From Syntrophorhabdales bacterium (lineage in GTDB: Bacteria; Desulfobacterota; Syntrophorhabdia; Syntrophorhabdales; WCHB1-27): 58,490 nt of DNA. How positions within the stretch are numbered: the first letter of the stretch is position 1; the number at the start of each line of letters is the position of its first letter. Below, one piece after another: positions 25,629-34,664 of this stretch. The stretch covers positions 1-58,490 of the forward strand of contig JBEKOT010000003.1 of NCBI GenBank assembly GCA_049521495.1, read 5' to 3'. Below the pieces are notes generated by a model that saw nothing but the letters and a program-made list of their open reading frames with translations, did not search any database and was not told the origin of the DNA. The translations under genes were made by a program, and so were the position numbers.

Positions 25629-26444
25629 CTAGTTATTCGCGTAGCACCCAAGGCCGGCGCAAGTGTTGCTATTTTGATACGCCGCTCCGCCGCCATCCTG
25701 GCTCTGATAGTCAAAGCTAGCTTTGACACTGAGGTCGAAGTTGTCGATATCGATGTTCTTGAAGCTGAGGTCGTTGTAGGTAGTATTGTGATCGTACCCG
25801 TACCCCGCAACGTAACCGGCGACAAGCCAGGCAGGATCGTTGCTGAAGGAACCGGCCCCGCCTATCACGGCGCCCTTGATGCCGAAGCCGCTCTTGTCGA
25901 CCGAGCCGTCAGCCGTAAAGATGTCCATGTTGAAGGAGTTCTTGTCCATCTTTAGACTGAAGTCCCCGTTCCCCTGGGCATTCGCAGCCCAGACGGTCTG
26001 GCCCTGGCTGCCGGAAGCGCCTGCACCACCCGCACCGAGAACGTTGATCGCCGGATTCCAACCAAGGCTGCCGGAAACGCCGAACGCCGGGGTTGCCGAA
26101 GAGACCTGGCTCCCCGTCTGGCCCATGCTCAGGCCCTGCTGCTGGAGCTTCCCAAAAGTTACAGTGTCGCCTGCGGAGAATGAGCACGTATTCGTATTAT
26201 CTACGCCGAAATTTTTCGAGCCGCCGATGTTCAGGCTCGAAACCGTGAAGCTGTTGTCATTGGTATGAGTCGCCGTGAACGTGTTGCTGAACGTATTGCC
26301 TTGGAAATTGTATGAGCTGTATCCCTGAGACTGGGTGCCGTTCCAGCTGGCCGTCGCTGCGGGTGGAGTATAATAGTCGCCCGCGATGGCCGTTCCTGCG
26401 CAGATGAACAATACCGCTATTGACATTGCCATAATCTTTTTCAT
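25629..26444 (-). CDS. Secreted Gly/Ser/Asn/Thr-rich predicted beta-rich protein (candidate fibre/amyloid-like subunit)
   Basis: RBS GGAGGT; signal MKKIMAMSIAVLFICAGTAIA; mature region rich in G/S/N/T/F with alternating patterns; C-terminal CAGLGC. Confidence 0.82.
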   Translation of the reverse strand: MKKIMAMSIAVLFICAGTAIAGDYYTPPAATASWNGTQSQGYSSYNFQGNTFSNTFTATHTNDNSFTVSSLNIGGSKNFGVDNTNTCSFSAGDTVTFGKLQQQGLSMGQTGSQVSSATPAFGVSGSLGWNPAINVLGAGGAGASGSQGQTVWAANAQGNGDFSLKMDKNSFNMDIFTADGSVDKSGFGIKGAVIGGAGSFSNDPAWLVAGYVAGYGYDHNTTYNDLSFKNIDIDNFDLSVKASFDYQSQDGGGAAYQNSNTCAGLGCYANN

Positions 26445-26653
26445 GGTCCTTACCTCCAGTTGGAATGTTCCTCCCACAGCCTCTGAGAGGCCTTTCTCTT
26501 TGCCGCCCTGCAGTCAAGGAGCGACTTCACCGTTTTGTGCGCACCTCTCCCGGCAAGGCGTCACTACCTTCATCTCAAATCTTTATGAATGCCACGGTGT
26601 TTTGAGCCGGCCGGCTCAGATGCTGCTATGCTTTTCCAACCCGCAGAGCAACC

Positions 26654-26669
26654 TACAAAGCGGATGCCA
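26654..26669 (-). promoter_or_regulatory. Possible sigma-54 promoter for the secreted-protein cluster
   Basis: Minus strand TGGCATCCGCTTTGTA: correct -24 GG and spacing, but GT rather than GC at -12; AATCAA box just upstream (26682-26687). Confidence 0.35.
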
Positions 26670-27022
26670 TTCCGTATCTACTTGATTTTGCTGTCCTTTG
26701 TGCTCTTACGCTTTGCAGCAAATGTAAAGGAAGCTTACAATGAGGCAGTCTTACGGAGATTCAAAACGCATCGGAGATATGGCGAATCAAGGTTACGGAA
26801 GAAAAAACAACACTCCGGTCAGGCTGTAAATAAAGCCGACACAATAAGAATAGTCCATTCGATGCCGTATTCTGGGTATAATCCAATCTTGTTGACGGAA
26901 AGAAAGAAGGCGTGTCCTACCGCGACTTCTTTCCCGCGGGCGGGCGACGAAGTCAGGCGCGAAAGGGCCGGCCCCCCCCTGTAATAGCGTGCAGGTCGGG
27001 CCGTTTTGTTTTATACTAGGGT

Positions 27023-27337
27023 GTGGGCATGCTGAACGTGATCACGACCGTGGACAGCAGAGAGACCCTCGAGAAGATAGGCCGTCTCCTCCTTGAGAAG
27101 AGGCTAGTGGCCTGCCTACAGATCGTCGGGCCTATAACGAGCATTTACCGCTGGAAGGGGCGGGTCGAGCAGGCGGAGGAGTGGCTGGGGATAATGAAGA
27201 CGAGACTCGAGTTGTACCCGGACGTGGAGCGGGAGATAAGGGCGCTCCACCCTTACGAGGTACCTCAGATAGAGGCGGTTGAGGCGGCCGGCGTGTTTGC
27301 CCCTTACGAGGCCTGGCTGGCGGAGGAGACGTCCTGA
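27023..27337 (+). CDS. cutA: Divalent cation tolerance protein CutA
   Basis: LLEKRLVAC, SIYRWKG, HPYEVPQI. Confidence 0.93.
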   Translation: MGMLNVITTVDSRETLEKIGRLLLEKRLVACLQIVGPITSIYRWKGRVEQAEEWLGIMKTRLELYPDVEREIRALHPYEVPQIEAVEAAGVFAPYEAWLAEETS

Positions 27338-27373
27338 GACGGGAAAAGAACGGGAGGGAGGGACGATAAGGCG

Positions 27374-28588
27374 ATGAAAGCAGTCGAGGTGAAAAACAGG
27401 ATTTACTGGGTCGGGGCCATAGACTGGGCCGTCAGAGATTTTCACGGGTACGAGACGCCTCGCGGCACGACCTACAACAACTATCTGGTCCTCGACGACG
27501 AGCCCGCCCTAGTAGATACGGTGAAATACGATTTCGCGGACCTTATGATAAAGAACCTCAGGGGCATCATAGATCCCGCCTCCATAAGGCATATCATCGT
27601 CAACCACATCGAGAACGACCACGCCACGAGCCTGGACCGGGTGTTGCAGCTCGCGCCTGCGGCAACCCTATACATGACGGAAAGGGCGAAAAAGGGCATC
27701 GGAAGGTTCTTCGACGTGACCGGCTGGAACATCAAGACGGTCAAGACGGGCGACAGGTTGAAGATCGGAAAAAAGACGTTCCTCTTCCTCGAGACGCCGA
27801 TGCTCCACTGGCCCGATTCGATGTTTTCCTACATGGAGGAGGACAGGGTCCTGTTCAGTCAGGACGCTTTCGGGCAGCACATCGCCTCTTCGGCCCGGTT
27901 CGACGACGACTACATAGCCTGCGAGTCCATCGCGGAGTTGAACGACGCGGTCCTCGACTACTATGCGAACATATTGATGCCCTTCGGTCCCCTTATCGAA
28001 AAGAAGATCGGAGAGGTCCAGGCCCTGGGGCTCGATATAGATGTAATTGCCCCCGACCACGGTGTGATCTGGCGCCAGGACCCGGGGCGGATAGTGCGCC
28101 TGTATCTCGATATGGCAGGAGGAAAAGCAACCTGCAGCGTTACCGTCGTATACGACACTATGTGGCACAGTACCGAGCAGATGGCCCAGTTCATCGCCAG
28201 GGGCGTCGAGGACAGCGGCCTCGAATGCAGGGTCGTGAAACTCAGGGCCACGCCGGTAAGCGTGGCCATAAAGGAATTCTGGAAAGCGAGGGGCACGCTC
28301 ATCGGCTGCCCGACGCTCAACAATATCCCCTTTCCCACCATTGCCCAGTTCCTGACCTACCTCCGGGGACTTAGGCCGAAAAACAGGCTGGTCGGGGCCT
28401 TCGGCAGCTTCGGATGGGGAGGGGGCGCAGTCAAGGAGGTATACGCAGCCGTCAGGCAGATGGACCTTCCGGCCTATGAGCCGGGAGTCGAGGTACTCTA
28501 CAGGCCGGGCCCGGAAGACGAACAGCGGTGTTACGATTTCGGCTACGGTTTTGCTTCGAAGGTAAAGGAATACGATCGCCAATTCTAA
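27374..28588 (+). CDS. fprA: Flavodiiron protein (FprA/Roo, O2/NO reductase)
   Basis: GTTYNNYL, NHIENDH, MLHWPDSM, SQDAFGQH, APDHG; flavodoxin domain YDTMWHST...FGSFGWGG. Confidence 0.94.
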   Translation: MKAVEVKNRIYWVGAIDWAVRDFHGYETPRGTTYNNYLVLDDEPALVDTVKYDFADLMIKNLRGIIDPASIRHIIVNHIENDHATSLDRVLQLAPAATLYMTERAKKGIGRFFDVTGWNIKTVKTGDRLKIGKKTFLFLETPMLHWPDSMFSYMEEDRVLFSQDAFGQHIASSARFDDDYIACESIAELNDAVLDYYANILMPFGPLIEKKIGEVQALGLDIDVIAPDHGVIWRQDPGRIVRLYLDMAGGKATCSVTVVYDTMWHSTEQMAQFIARGVEDSGLECRVVKLRATPVSVAIKEFWKARGTLIGCPTLNNIPFPTIAQFLTYLRGLRPKNRLVGAFGSFGWGGGAVKEVYAAVRQMDLPAYEPGVEVLYRPGPEDEQRCYDFGYGFASKVKEYDRQF

Positions 28589-28645
28589 AGGAGCCGACAA
28601 AGCGACTTGTGTCTCAGGCACGGCCGCCTTGCAGCCGCCTCCCGG

Positions 28646-29116
28646 TCAGCTCGTGAGGTAGCGGTGGAGAGCCTTTCTGCTCTGTTCATCGTTCTCCGCG
28701 AATGACGCTCCCAGGTACGACCGTTCGTCGGTCCGGAAGTGGCGCGGCACGCACCGTAAGAGGAGAGGACGGTCGCTGCTCGGCAGTGTGAAGACCACGA
28801 ACATCCTCAAGCCTTCCCCCACGGGGCAGCAAAATTCCTTGACCGCCGAGACGCTCAGCCCTCCCAGAGAGATATCGCGGACCGTGCCGGCGTAAACTGT
28901 GCCGTCCGGGGCGCTGACTAGAGCACGTACGGAGATTCCTCGCCGGGGGTGGCGCCGCTTCTCTTGACAGGCCGGCCTTTCTCCCCTTTGCCCCACGTGC
29001 AAGTGAAGGATGTTCTCGATGGTCGCCGAAAGAGACCTCCTTTCAGCCCGCGAGATCTCTTCTAAAGCGGCTCTGAGGTTCCTGCTTATTCGAAAGCATA
29101 CGATCGTGTCTTTCAT
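28646..29116 (-). CDS. Ribbon-helix-helix-like domain fused to a PilZ domain
   Basis: N-term IVCFRISRNLRAALEEISRAERRSLSATIENIL (RHH pattern); PilZ motifs RRHPR (RxxxR) and DISLGG (DxSxxG). Confidence 0.8.
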   Translation of the reverse strand: MKDTIVCFRISRNLRAALEEISRAERRSLSATIENILHLHVGQRGERPACQEKRRHPRRGISVRALVSAPDGTVYAGTVRDISLGGLSVSAVKEFCCPVGEGLRMFVVFTLPSSDRPLLLRCVPRHFRTDERSYLGASFAENDEQSRKALHRYLTS

Positions 29117-29197
29117 GGGCGATTGCCTTCCATTTCGGGAGGCCGGCTGTCCGGTAAAAGGTTTGGCGTAAACGGTAAGACCATGTCTGTATACAAG

Positions 29198-29226
29198 AAG
29201 ATACGTTGTAATACCATATATGTCAA
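29198..29226 (-). promoter_or_regulatory. sigma-70 promoter of the RHH-PilZ gene
   Basis: Minus strand TTGACA-N17-TATCTT. Confidence 0.55.
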
Positions 29227-29274
29227 GACCTTTTTTTCGACCCCTCCGGGACCCACGATATTCCAAGATATTCG

Positions 29275-29303
29275 TTGACTTTCAGGGCGCGGTCGGCTAT
29301 ACT
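29275..29303 (+). promoter_or_regulatory. sigma-70 promoter of the rplU operon
   Basis: TTGACT-N17-TATACT. Confidence 0.7.
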
Positions 29304-29343
29304 TATGGTTTCAAATTTTGCACGGTAGACCAGGAGACGCATT

Positions 29344-29673
29344 ATGTATGCCATTATAGAGAGCGGCGGGAAGCAGTACCGGATAGCGGAAGGGCAGAAG
29401 GTAAAGATCGAGAAGGTTCCGGGAAAAGCCGACGAGCAGGTGTCCCTCGGCACGGTACTGGCCGTCGATGACGGGGAGCGGATGCTGGTAGGCAAGCCCT
29501 ATTTGGAGGGGGCTTCGGTAAAGGGTAAGATAGTAAGCCAGGGCAAGGCGAGGAAGGTCACGGTGTTCAAATACAAGAGAAGGAAAGACACTAAAAAGAA
29601 GAAGGGCCACCGCCAGGAGTATACGGAGCTCATCATAGAGAAGATAGAGCTGGAGGCAACACATGGCGCATAA
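29344..29673 (+). CDS. rplU: 50S ribosomal protein L21
   Basis: [12 protein letters not shown]...GHRQEYT. Confidence 0.98.
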   Translation: MYAIIESGGKQYRIAEGQKVKIEKVPGKADEQVSLGTVLAVDDGERMLVGKPYLEGASVKGKIVSQGKARKVTVFKYKRRKDTKKKKGHRQEYTELIIEKIELEATHGA

Positions 29674-29917
29674 AAAGGCCGGAGGAAGCTCTAGGAACGG
29701 CAGGGACTCAAGCGGCCAGAGACTGGGAGTGAAGGTCTTCGGGGGCGAGCTGGCAAAGGCCGGGAGCATCATAGTCAGACAGCACGGGACTAAGATACAC
29801 CCGGGGACCAATGTCGGCATAGGCAGGGACAATACGCTTTTCGCCCTTGTCCAGGGGCTCGTGAAGTTCGAGACAGCGCGGGATAAGAAAAAGGTGAGTG
29901 TCTATCCGGTGGGATGA
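29663..29917 (+). CDS. rpmA: 50S ribosomal protein L27
   Basis: [16 protein letters not shown]. Confidence 0.98.
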   Translation: MAHKKAGGSSRNGRDSSGQRLGVKVFGGELAKAGSIIVRQHGTKIHPGTNVGIGRDNTLFALVQGLVKFETARDKKKVSVYPVG

Positions 29918-30897
29918 AATTCGTCGACGAAGCTTCTCTTCACGTAAAGGCGGGGGATGGCGGTCGAGGATGGGTCAGCTTTAGAAGGGAAAAATTTGTG
30001 CCGAGAGGCGGTCCCGACGGGGGCGACGGCGGGAAGGGGGGCGATGTCCTCATGGTCGGCAGGGGCCGTCTTATCAGTCTTCTCGATTTCAGGTACAAGC
30101 GGAATTACAAGGCAGAGAGCGGAAGGTCCGGCGGTGCAAATAACAGGACCGGAAGGGACGGGCCGGACATCTCTATAGAAGTCCCCCTCGGAACGGAGGT
30201 GCGCGACGAAAAGGGGCTTCTCCTCGCCGATATCGTCGAAGAGGGGCAGACCTATGTTGTTGCAAGAGGCGGCCGTGGCGGCAGGGGAAATGCCCGTTTC
30301 GCGAGCCCTACCAATCGCGTGCCCACCGAGTTTGACGAGGGCGGCAAAGGGGAAGAGCGCAACCTCAGCCTGGAGCTGAAGCTCCTTGCATCCATAGGCA
30401 TCATCGGGCTGCCCAATGCAGGCAAATCTACGCTTCTTAGCCGCCTCACGGGTGCGACGCCCCGGGTAGGCGACTACCCTTTCACGACCCTGACGCCTGC
30501 CCTCGGCGTCTTCGCCGAAGACGATTGCCGTCTCGTACTGGCCGATATCCCCGGCATTATAGAGGGGGCGTCCAGAGGGAAGGGTCTGGGGCTCACTTTC
30601 CTTCGCCACATCGAGAGGACGCGGATGCTTCTCTGGGTGATCGATGTCTCATCGCCCGACGTCATGGGCGACTACACTACCCTGCTGAAGGAGCTCGCCT
30701 CTTACGGCGAGGGGGTCACGCGCAAAGGACGCCTTATAGTCCTCAACAAGGTGGACCTCGTCAGCCGCGAGACCCTTGCCGAGAGGGAGGTTCTTTTGCA
30801 AAGGGCCGGGGAAAAGGTCTTCTCGATAAGCGCTCTTTCCGGCTTCGGCATTGACAGGCTCAGGGACCGGATAGGAGGGATCGGCGGCCGTGGGTGA
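29914..30897 (+). CDS. obgE: GTPase ObgE
   Basis: Gly-rich Obg domain; [22 protein letters not shown]. Confidence 0.97.
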   Translation: MKFVDEASLHVKAGDGGRGWVSFRREKFVPRGGPDGGDGGKGGDVLMVGRGRLISLLDFRYKRNYKAESGRSGGANNRTGRDGPDISIEVPLGTEVRDEKGLLLADIVEEGQTYVVARGGRGGRGNARFASPTNRVPTEFDEGGKGEERNLSLELKLLASIGIIGLPNAGKSTLLSRLTGATPRVGDYPFTTLTPALGVFAEDDCRLVLADIPGIIEGASRGKGLGLTFLRHIERTRMLLWVIDVSSPDVMGDYTTLLKELASYGEGVTRKGRLIVLNKVDLVSRETLAEREVLLQRAGEKVFSISALSGFGIDRLRDRIGGIGGRG

Positions 30898-31993
30898 TAT
30901 TCGCAGGATGGTGCTCAAGATCGGCACGTCGGTATTGCTGGACGAGCAGAAGAGGATAAGCAGGTCCAGGATAAGGGATTTCGCCCGCCAGATAAAGGCG
31001 GTGCGGGACCGCTCCGTGGACGTGATCGTCGTGTCCAGCGGAGCTATCGCGTGCGGCATGGAGGCTATGGGCCTCAGGAGGAAGCCCAGAGAAATAGCCA
31101 GGAAGCAGGCACTGGCATCGGTGGGTCAGGTGGTGCTCATGGCCATGTACATGGACGCCTTCGCGGAGGCAGGCTTGCAGGCGAGCCAAATACTCCTGAC
31201 CCATGAGGACACGAAGTCGCACGCAAGGTGCATAAACCTCCTTAATACTATAGACGCCCTCCTGGGTATGGGCATAGTGCCGGTCATCAATGAGAACGAT
31301 ACCCTTTCCTTCAAGGAAATCATGTTCGGCGACAACGACAATCTCTCTGCGGTCATAGCCCAGATCACGAGCGCCGACTTCCTCCTGCTCCTGTCGGACG
31401 TCGAGGGCCTCTGCGAAAAAGACCCGAAGCGCTATCCCGGCGCGCCCATCATAAGGACCGTCAGGCGCATCGACGCAAGAGTCGAGGCCTGGGCCCAGGG
31501 GACTAAGAGCGAAAAGAGCGTCGGCGGAATGATGAGCAAGCTGGAGGCGGCGAAGAAAGCGGGCAATTACGGCATACCGACTAGGCTCGTATCGGGCGAA
31601 GTCAAGGACGTGGTAATGAAAGCGGTGTCCGGCGACAAGATAGGCACGCTTTTTACAGCTCGAAAGTGCATGACGAGGAAAAAATGCTGGATCGCCTTCG
31701 CCTTCAGACCGAAGGGAAAGATAGGCATAGACCCGGGCGCGGAAAAGGCGCTCCTGGAGCGAGGCAAGAGCCTGCTCCCTTCCGGCATCGTCCTCGTGGA
31801 GGGAGCATTCTCGAGAGGAGAATGCGTCGAGGTGACCGGCGGAGAGGGGCGCGTCATAGCAAGGGGCATAGTCAACTATTCCTCTCCGGATATCGACAGG
31901 ATAAAGGGGTCGAAAAGTATTGAGATAGAAAGGAAGCTCGGCTATAAATATACAGAAGAGGTGATCCACAGGGACAATATGGTGGTCTTATGA
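30890..31993 (+). CDS. proB: Glutamate 5-kinase
   Basis: [32 protein letters not shown] domain ending IHRDN. Confidence 0.97.
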   Translation: MGDIRRMVLKIGTSVLLDEQKRISRSRIRDFARQIKAVRDRSVDVIVVSSGAIACGMEAMGLRRKPREIARKQALASVGQVVLMAMYMDAFAEAGLQASQILLTHEDTKSHARCINLLNTIDALLGMGIVPVINENDTLSFKEIMFGDNDNLSAVIAQITSADFLLLLSDVEGLCEKDPKRYPGAPIIRTVRRIDARVEAWAQGTKSEKSVGGMMSKLEAAKKAGNYGIPTRLVSGEVKDVVMKAVSGDKIGTLFTARKCMTRKKCWIAFAFRPKGKIGIDPGAEKALLERGKSLLPSGIVLVEGAFSRGECVEVTGGEGRVIARGIVNYSSPDIDRIKGSKSIEIERKLGYKYTEEVIHRDNMVVL

Positions 31994-33234
31994 AGGCTGA
32001 GGAAATGGCCAGGGCGGCCCATGATGCTGCAAGCTTTGCGGCCCGTCTCACGACCGAAAAGAAGAACCTGGTCCTCGCCGCCCTGGGGGAGATGCTCCTT
32101 GCCCGGCGGGATTTCATATCGGCAGAGAACCGAAGGGATATCGAGAAGGCCGAAGAAGAGCGTCTGCCCGCAAGCCTCATAGAAAGGCTCAAGGTGGACG
32201 GCAAGGTCATCGACGAGATGGCTGCGGGCCTCGCGGACGTGGCCTGCCTGCCCGACCCGGTGGGCGAGATCGTGCGGACTTGGAGGCGGCCCAGCGGCCT
32301 TCTCGTAGGGAGGATGCGCATTCCCATAGGGGCGATCGTCATCGTCTACGAATCGAGGCCGAACGTAACGGTCGATGCCTTCGCTCTCTGCCTGAAGAGC
32401 GGGAACGCGGTGATCCTGAAAGGCGGAAGGGAGGCCTTCCATTCCAACCGGGCCCTGTTCAGCCTCATAAGGGACGCCCTTGCCGAATGCGGCGTCCCTC
32501 TCGCCGTGGCTCAGCTCGTCGATACGGCGGAAAGGGAGTATCTTTATGAACTCCTGGAACTGAATGATTATATTGACCTTGTTATCCCCAGGGGGGGAGA
32601 GGGGCTGATACGGAGCGTGGCAGAGCGTTCGAGGATTCCGGTTCTCAAGCATTACAAGGGCGTATGCGCCGTTTTCGTCGACGAATGGGCGGACGAGGAG
32701 ATGGCCCGTAGGGTCTGCCTGAACGCCAAGATCCAAAAACCGGCCACTTGCAACGCAATGGAGACCCTCCTGGTCCATGAGGCCATAGCGCCCCGCTTCC
32801 TGCCGGCCATGGTCGGAGCTTTCCGGGACGCGGGCGTCGCCGTGAGGGGCTGCGCCAGGACAAGGGAGATAGTGCCCGGCATCGCAGAGGCAGTCGAGCA
32901 GGACTGGAGCGAGGAGTATCTGGACCTGGTCCTGGCGGTAAAGGTAGTCCGGGATATGGACGAGGCGATAGATCATATACGGACATACGGCTCCCGGCAC
33001 ACGGACGCAATCATCACGAGCGACTATGACAATGCGTGGAGGTTCTTGCGGGAGGTCAATTCTTCCCTGGTCCTTGTAAACGCGTCCACCCGGCTGAACG
33101 ACGGGTTCCAGCTCGGTCTCGGAGCCGAGATGGGCATAAGCACGACGAGACTCCATGCCTTCGGTCCCATGGGGCTCGAAGAGCTGACCGTCACGAAGTT
33201 TATCGCCTTCGGCGAGGGACAAGAGAGGACTTGA
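31990..33234 (+). CDS. proA: Gamma-glutamyl phosphate reductase
   Basis: [47 protein letters not shown]. Confidence 0.97.
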   Translation: MKAEEMARAAHDAASFAARLTTEKKNLVLAALGEMLLARRDFISAENRRDIEKAEEERLPASLIERLKVDGKVIDEMAAGLADVACLPDPVGEIVRTWRRPSGLLVGRMRIPIGAIVIVYESRPNVTVDAFALCLKSGNAVILKGGREAFHSNRALFSLIRDALAECGVPLAVAQLVDTAEREYLYELLELNDYIDLVIPRGGEGLIRSVAERSRIPVLKHYKGVCAVFVDEWADEEMARRVCLNAKIQKPATCNAMETLLVHEAIAPRFLPAMVGAFRDAGVAVRGCARTREIVPGIAEAVEQDWSEEYLDLVLAVKVVRDMDEAIDHIRTYGSRHTDAIITSDYDNAWRFLREVNSSLVLVNASTRLNDGFQLGLGAEMGISTTRLHAFGPMGLEELTVTKFIAFGEGQERT

Positions 33235-33857
33235 TGGCTATCGGTGTTTTCGGGGGGACCTTCGACCCGGTGCATGTGGGTCATTTGAGGATAGCCGAAG
33301 AGGTGCGCGAGGCCTTTTCTCTCGAAAGGATCTATTTTGTCCCCGCCAGCGTCCAGCCGCTGAAAGCTACGGTGGTGGCCGCCGGGGCAGACGAAAGGGT
33401 CCGCATGCTCAAGATGGCCATAGCGGGCAACGGCTTCTTCAGGATCTCCTCGACCGAGATCAGGAGGAGGGGTCTATCCTATTCGATCGATACGGTCAGG
33501 CACTTCAGCCGCAGGTTCGGGCAGATCTTTTTTCTAGTGGGGACGGACGCCTTTCTCGACATCGGGCTGTGGAAAGACTGGTCGGACCTTTTTTCGTCAG
33601 CGGATTTTGTGGTGATGGTGAGGCCCGGCAACGAGTTTTCGGGCTTCCCCCGAGGCCTGGCAAGGCAGATTCGCAAGATCGATGAGGCGACCTTCGAGCA
33701 CGGGTCTGGAAGGCGGATTTATTTTCGCCGCATCACGCAGCTCGATATCTCTTCTACCCGTATAAGAGAGCTGGCAAGTGCGGGAAAATCGATAAAGTAT
33801 TTGGTCCCCGGGGCCGTTGAGCGGTATATTATGAGCAGGGGATTATACAGGAGCTAG
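33234..33857 (+). CDS. nadD: Nicotinate-nucleotide adenylyltransferase
   Basis: GGTFDPVHVGH, SYSIDT, ISSTRIR; ATG 33234 overlaps the proA stop. Confidence 0.96.
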   Translation: MAIGVFGGTFDPVHVGHLRIAEEVREAFSLERIYFVPASVQPLKATVVAAGADERVRMLKMAIAGNGFFRISSTEIRRRGLSYSIDTVRHFSRRFGQIFFLVGTDAFLDIGLWKDWSDLFSSADFVVMVRPGNEFSGFPRGLARQIRKIDEATFEHGSGRRIYFRRITQLDISSTRIRELASAGKSIKYLVPGAVERYIMSRGLYRS

Positions 33858-34198
33858 TGGAAGCGCGTGACAAGGCCGGCGAGACCGGTCGGCTGGCAGT
33901 TGAAAAGAAGGCAAGGGATGTGGTGGTGCTCGACCTCTGCGGCATGACCGACATCGCCGACTTTTTCGTTCTGGCCAGCGGCGCGAGCGAGCGCCACGTG
34001 AGAACGATAGCGGGCGCTGTGGAGCACGACATGAAGGAAAAGGGCATGGCGCCATCCTCCATGGAAGGCTATGAAGAGGGGCGGTGGGTCATAATAGACT
34101 ACGGAGATGTGATTGTCCACGTATTCCTCGAAGCCTTGAGGGAGCTGTACGATCTGGAGAGCCTCTGGATCGAGGCAAAGAGATACGGGATAGAATAG
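33857..34198 (+). CDS. rsfS: Ribosome silencing factor RsfS
   Basis: KKARDVVVLD, WVIIDYGDVIVHVF, YDLESLW. Confidence 0.95.
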   Translation: MEARDKAGETGRLAVEKKARDVVVLDLCGMTDIADFFVLASGASERHVRTIAGAVEHDMKEKGMAPSSMEGYEEGRWVIIDYGDVIVHVFLEALRELYDLESLWIEAKRYGIE

Positions 34199-34304
34199 GG
34201 GACGGATTTGAGGCACATGGGCGAAGCCGGGATACGGAAAACGCCGATAGAAAGAAAAAACTGGGATAGACCGGAAGCAGAATTTAATGCGTAGGGGTGG
34301 TCCG

Positions 34305-34664
34305 ATGAACAAGGAAAAGCTCGAATACTTCAGGAGAAAATTGTTGAAGCAGCGGGAGGCGATCCTGAATAAAGCGAAGAAGTTGAAGGAGTATTCCTAT
34401 ACGCTCGGCACCGACGGCATCCAGGACATGGCCGATGCGGCAAGCAACGCTTACAACGCCGACATACTCATGAGTCTGAGCGACAATGAGAGGAATATGG
34501 TAAAAGAGATCGATTCGGCTCTGGATAAGATCGCGAACAATACCTACGGGATATGCGAGGAGTGCGACGAACCGATAAACGAGAAGCGGCTCGAGGCAAA
34601 TCCCGTGGCCCGCTACTGTATTACGTGCAAGAGGATGATCGAAGAAAAGGGGATCAGCCCATGA
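34305..34664 (+). CDS. dksA: DksA/TraR C4-type zinc finger protein
   Basis: DMADAA coiled-coil tip; YGICEEC...RLEANP...CITC. Confidence 0.85.
   Translation: MNKEKLEYFRRKLLKQREAILNKAKKLKEYSYTLGTDGIQDMADAASNAYNADILMSLSDNERNMVKEIDSALDKIANNTYGICEECDEPINEKRLEANPVARYCITCKRMIEEKGISP

Noticed and set aside
26589-26984. 131-aa plus-strand ORF upstream of the secreted cluster
   Set aside because: No RBS or recognisable domain; it spans an AT-richer region that looks regulatory
29117-29195. c-di-GMP-I riboswitch in the RHH-PilZ leader (minus strand GGACAGCCGGCCTCCCGAAA resembles the 3' end of the motif)
   Set aside because: The 5' GGCAAA/GNRA-tetraloop stem and GCAAAG-type junction are not visible and the predicted leader is only about 75 nt; a cmsearch would be needed to rescue it
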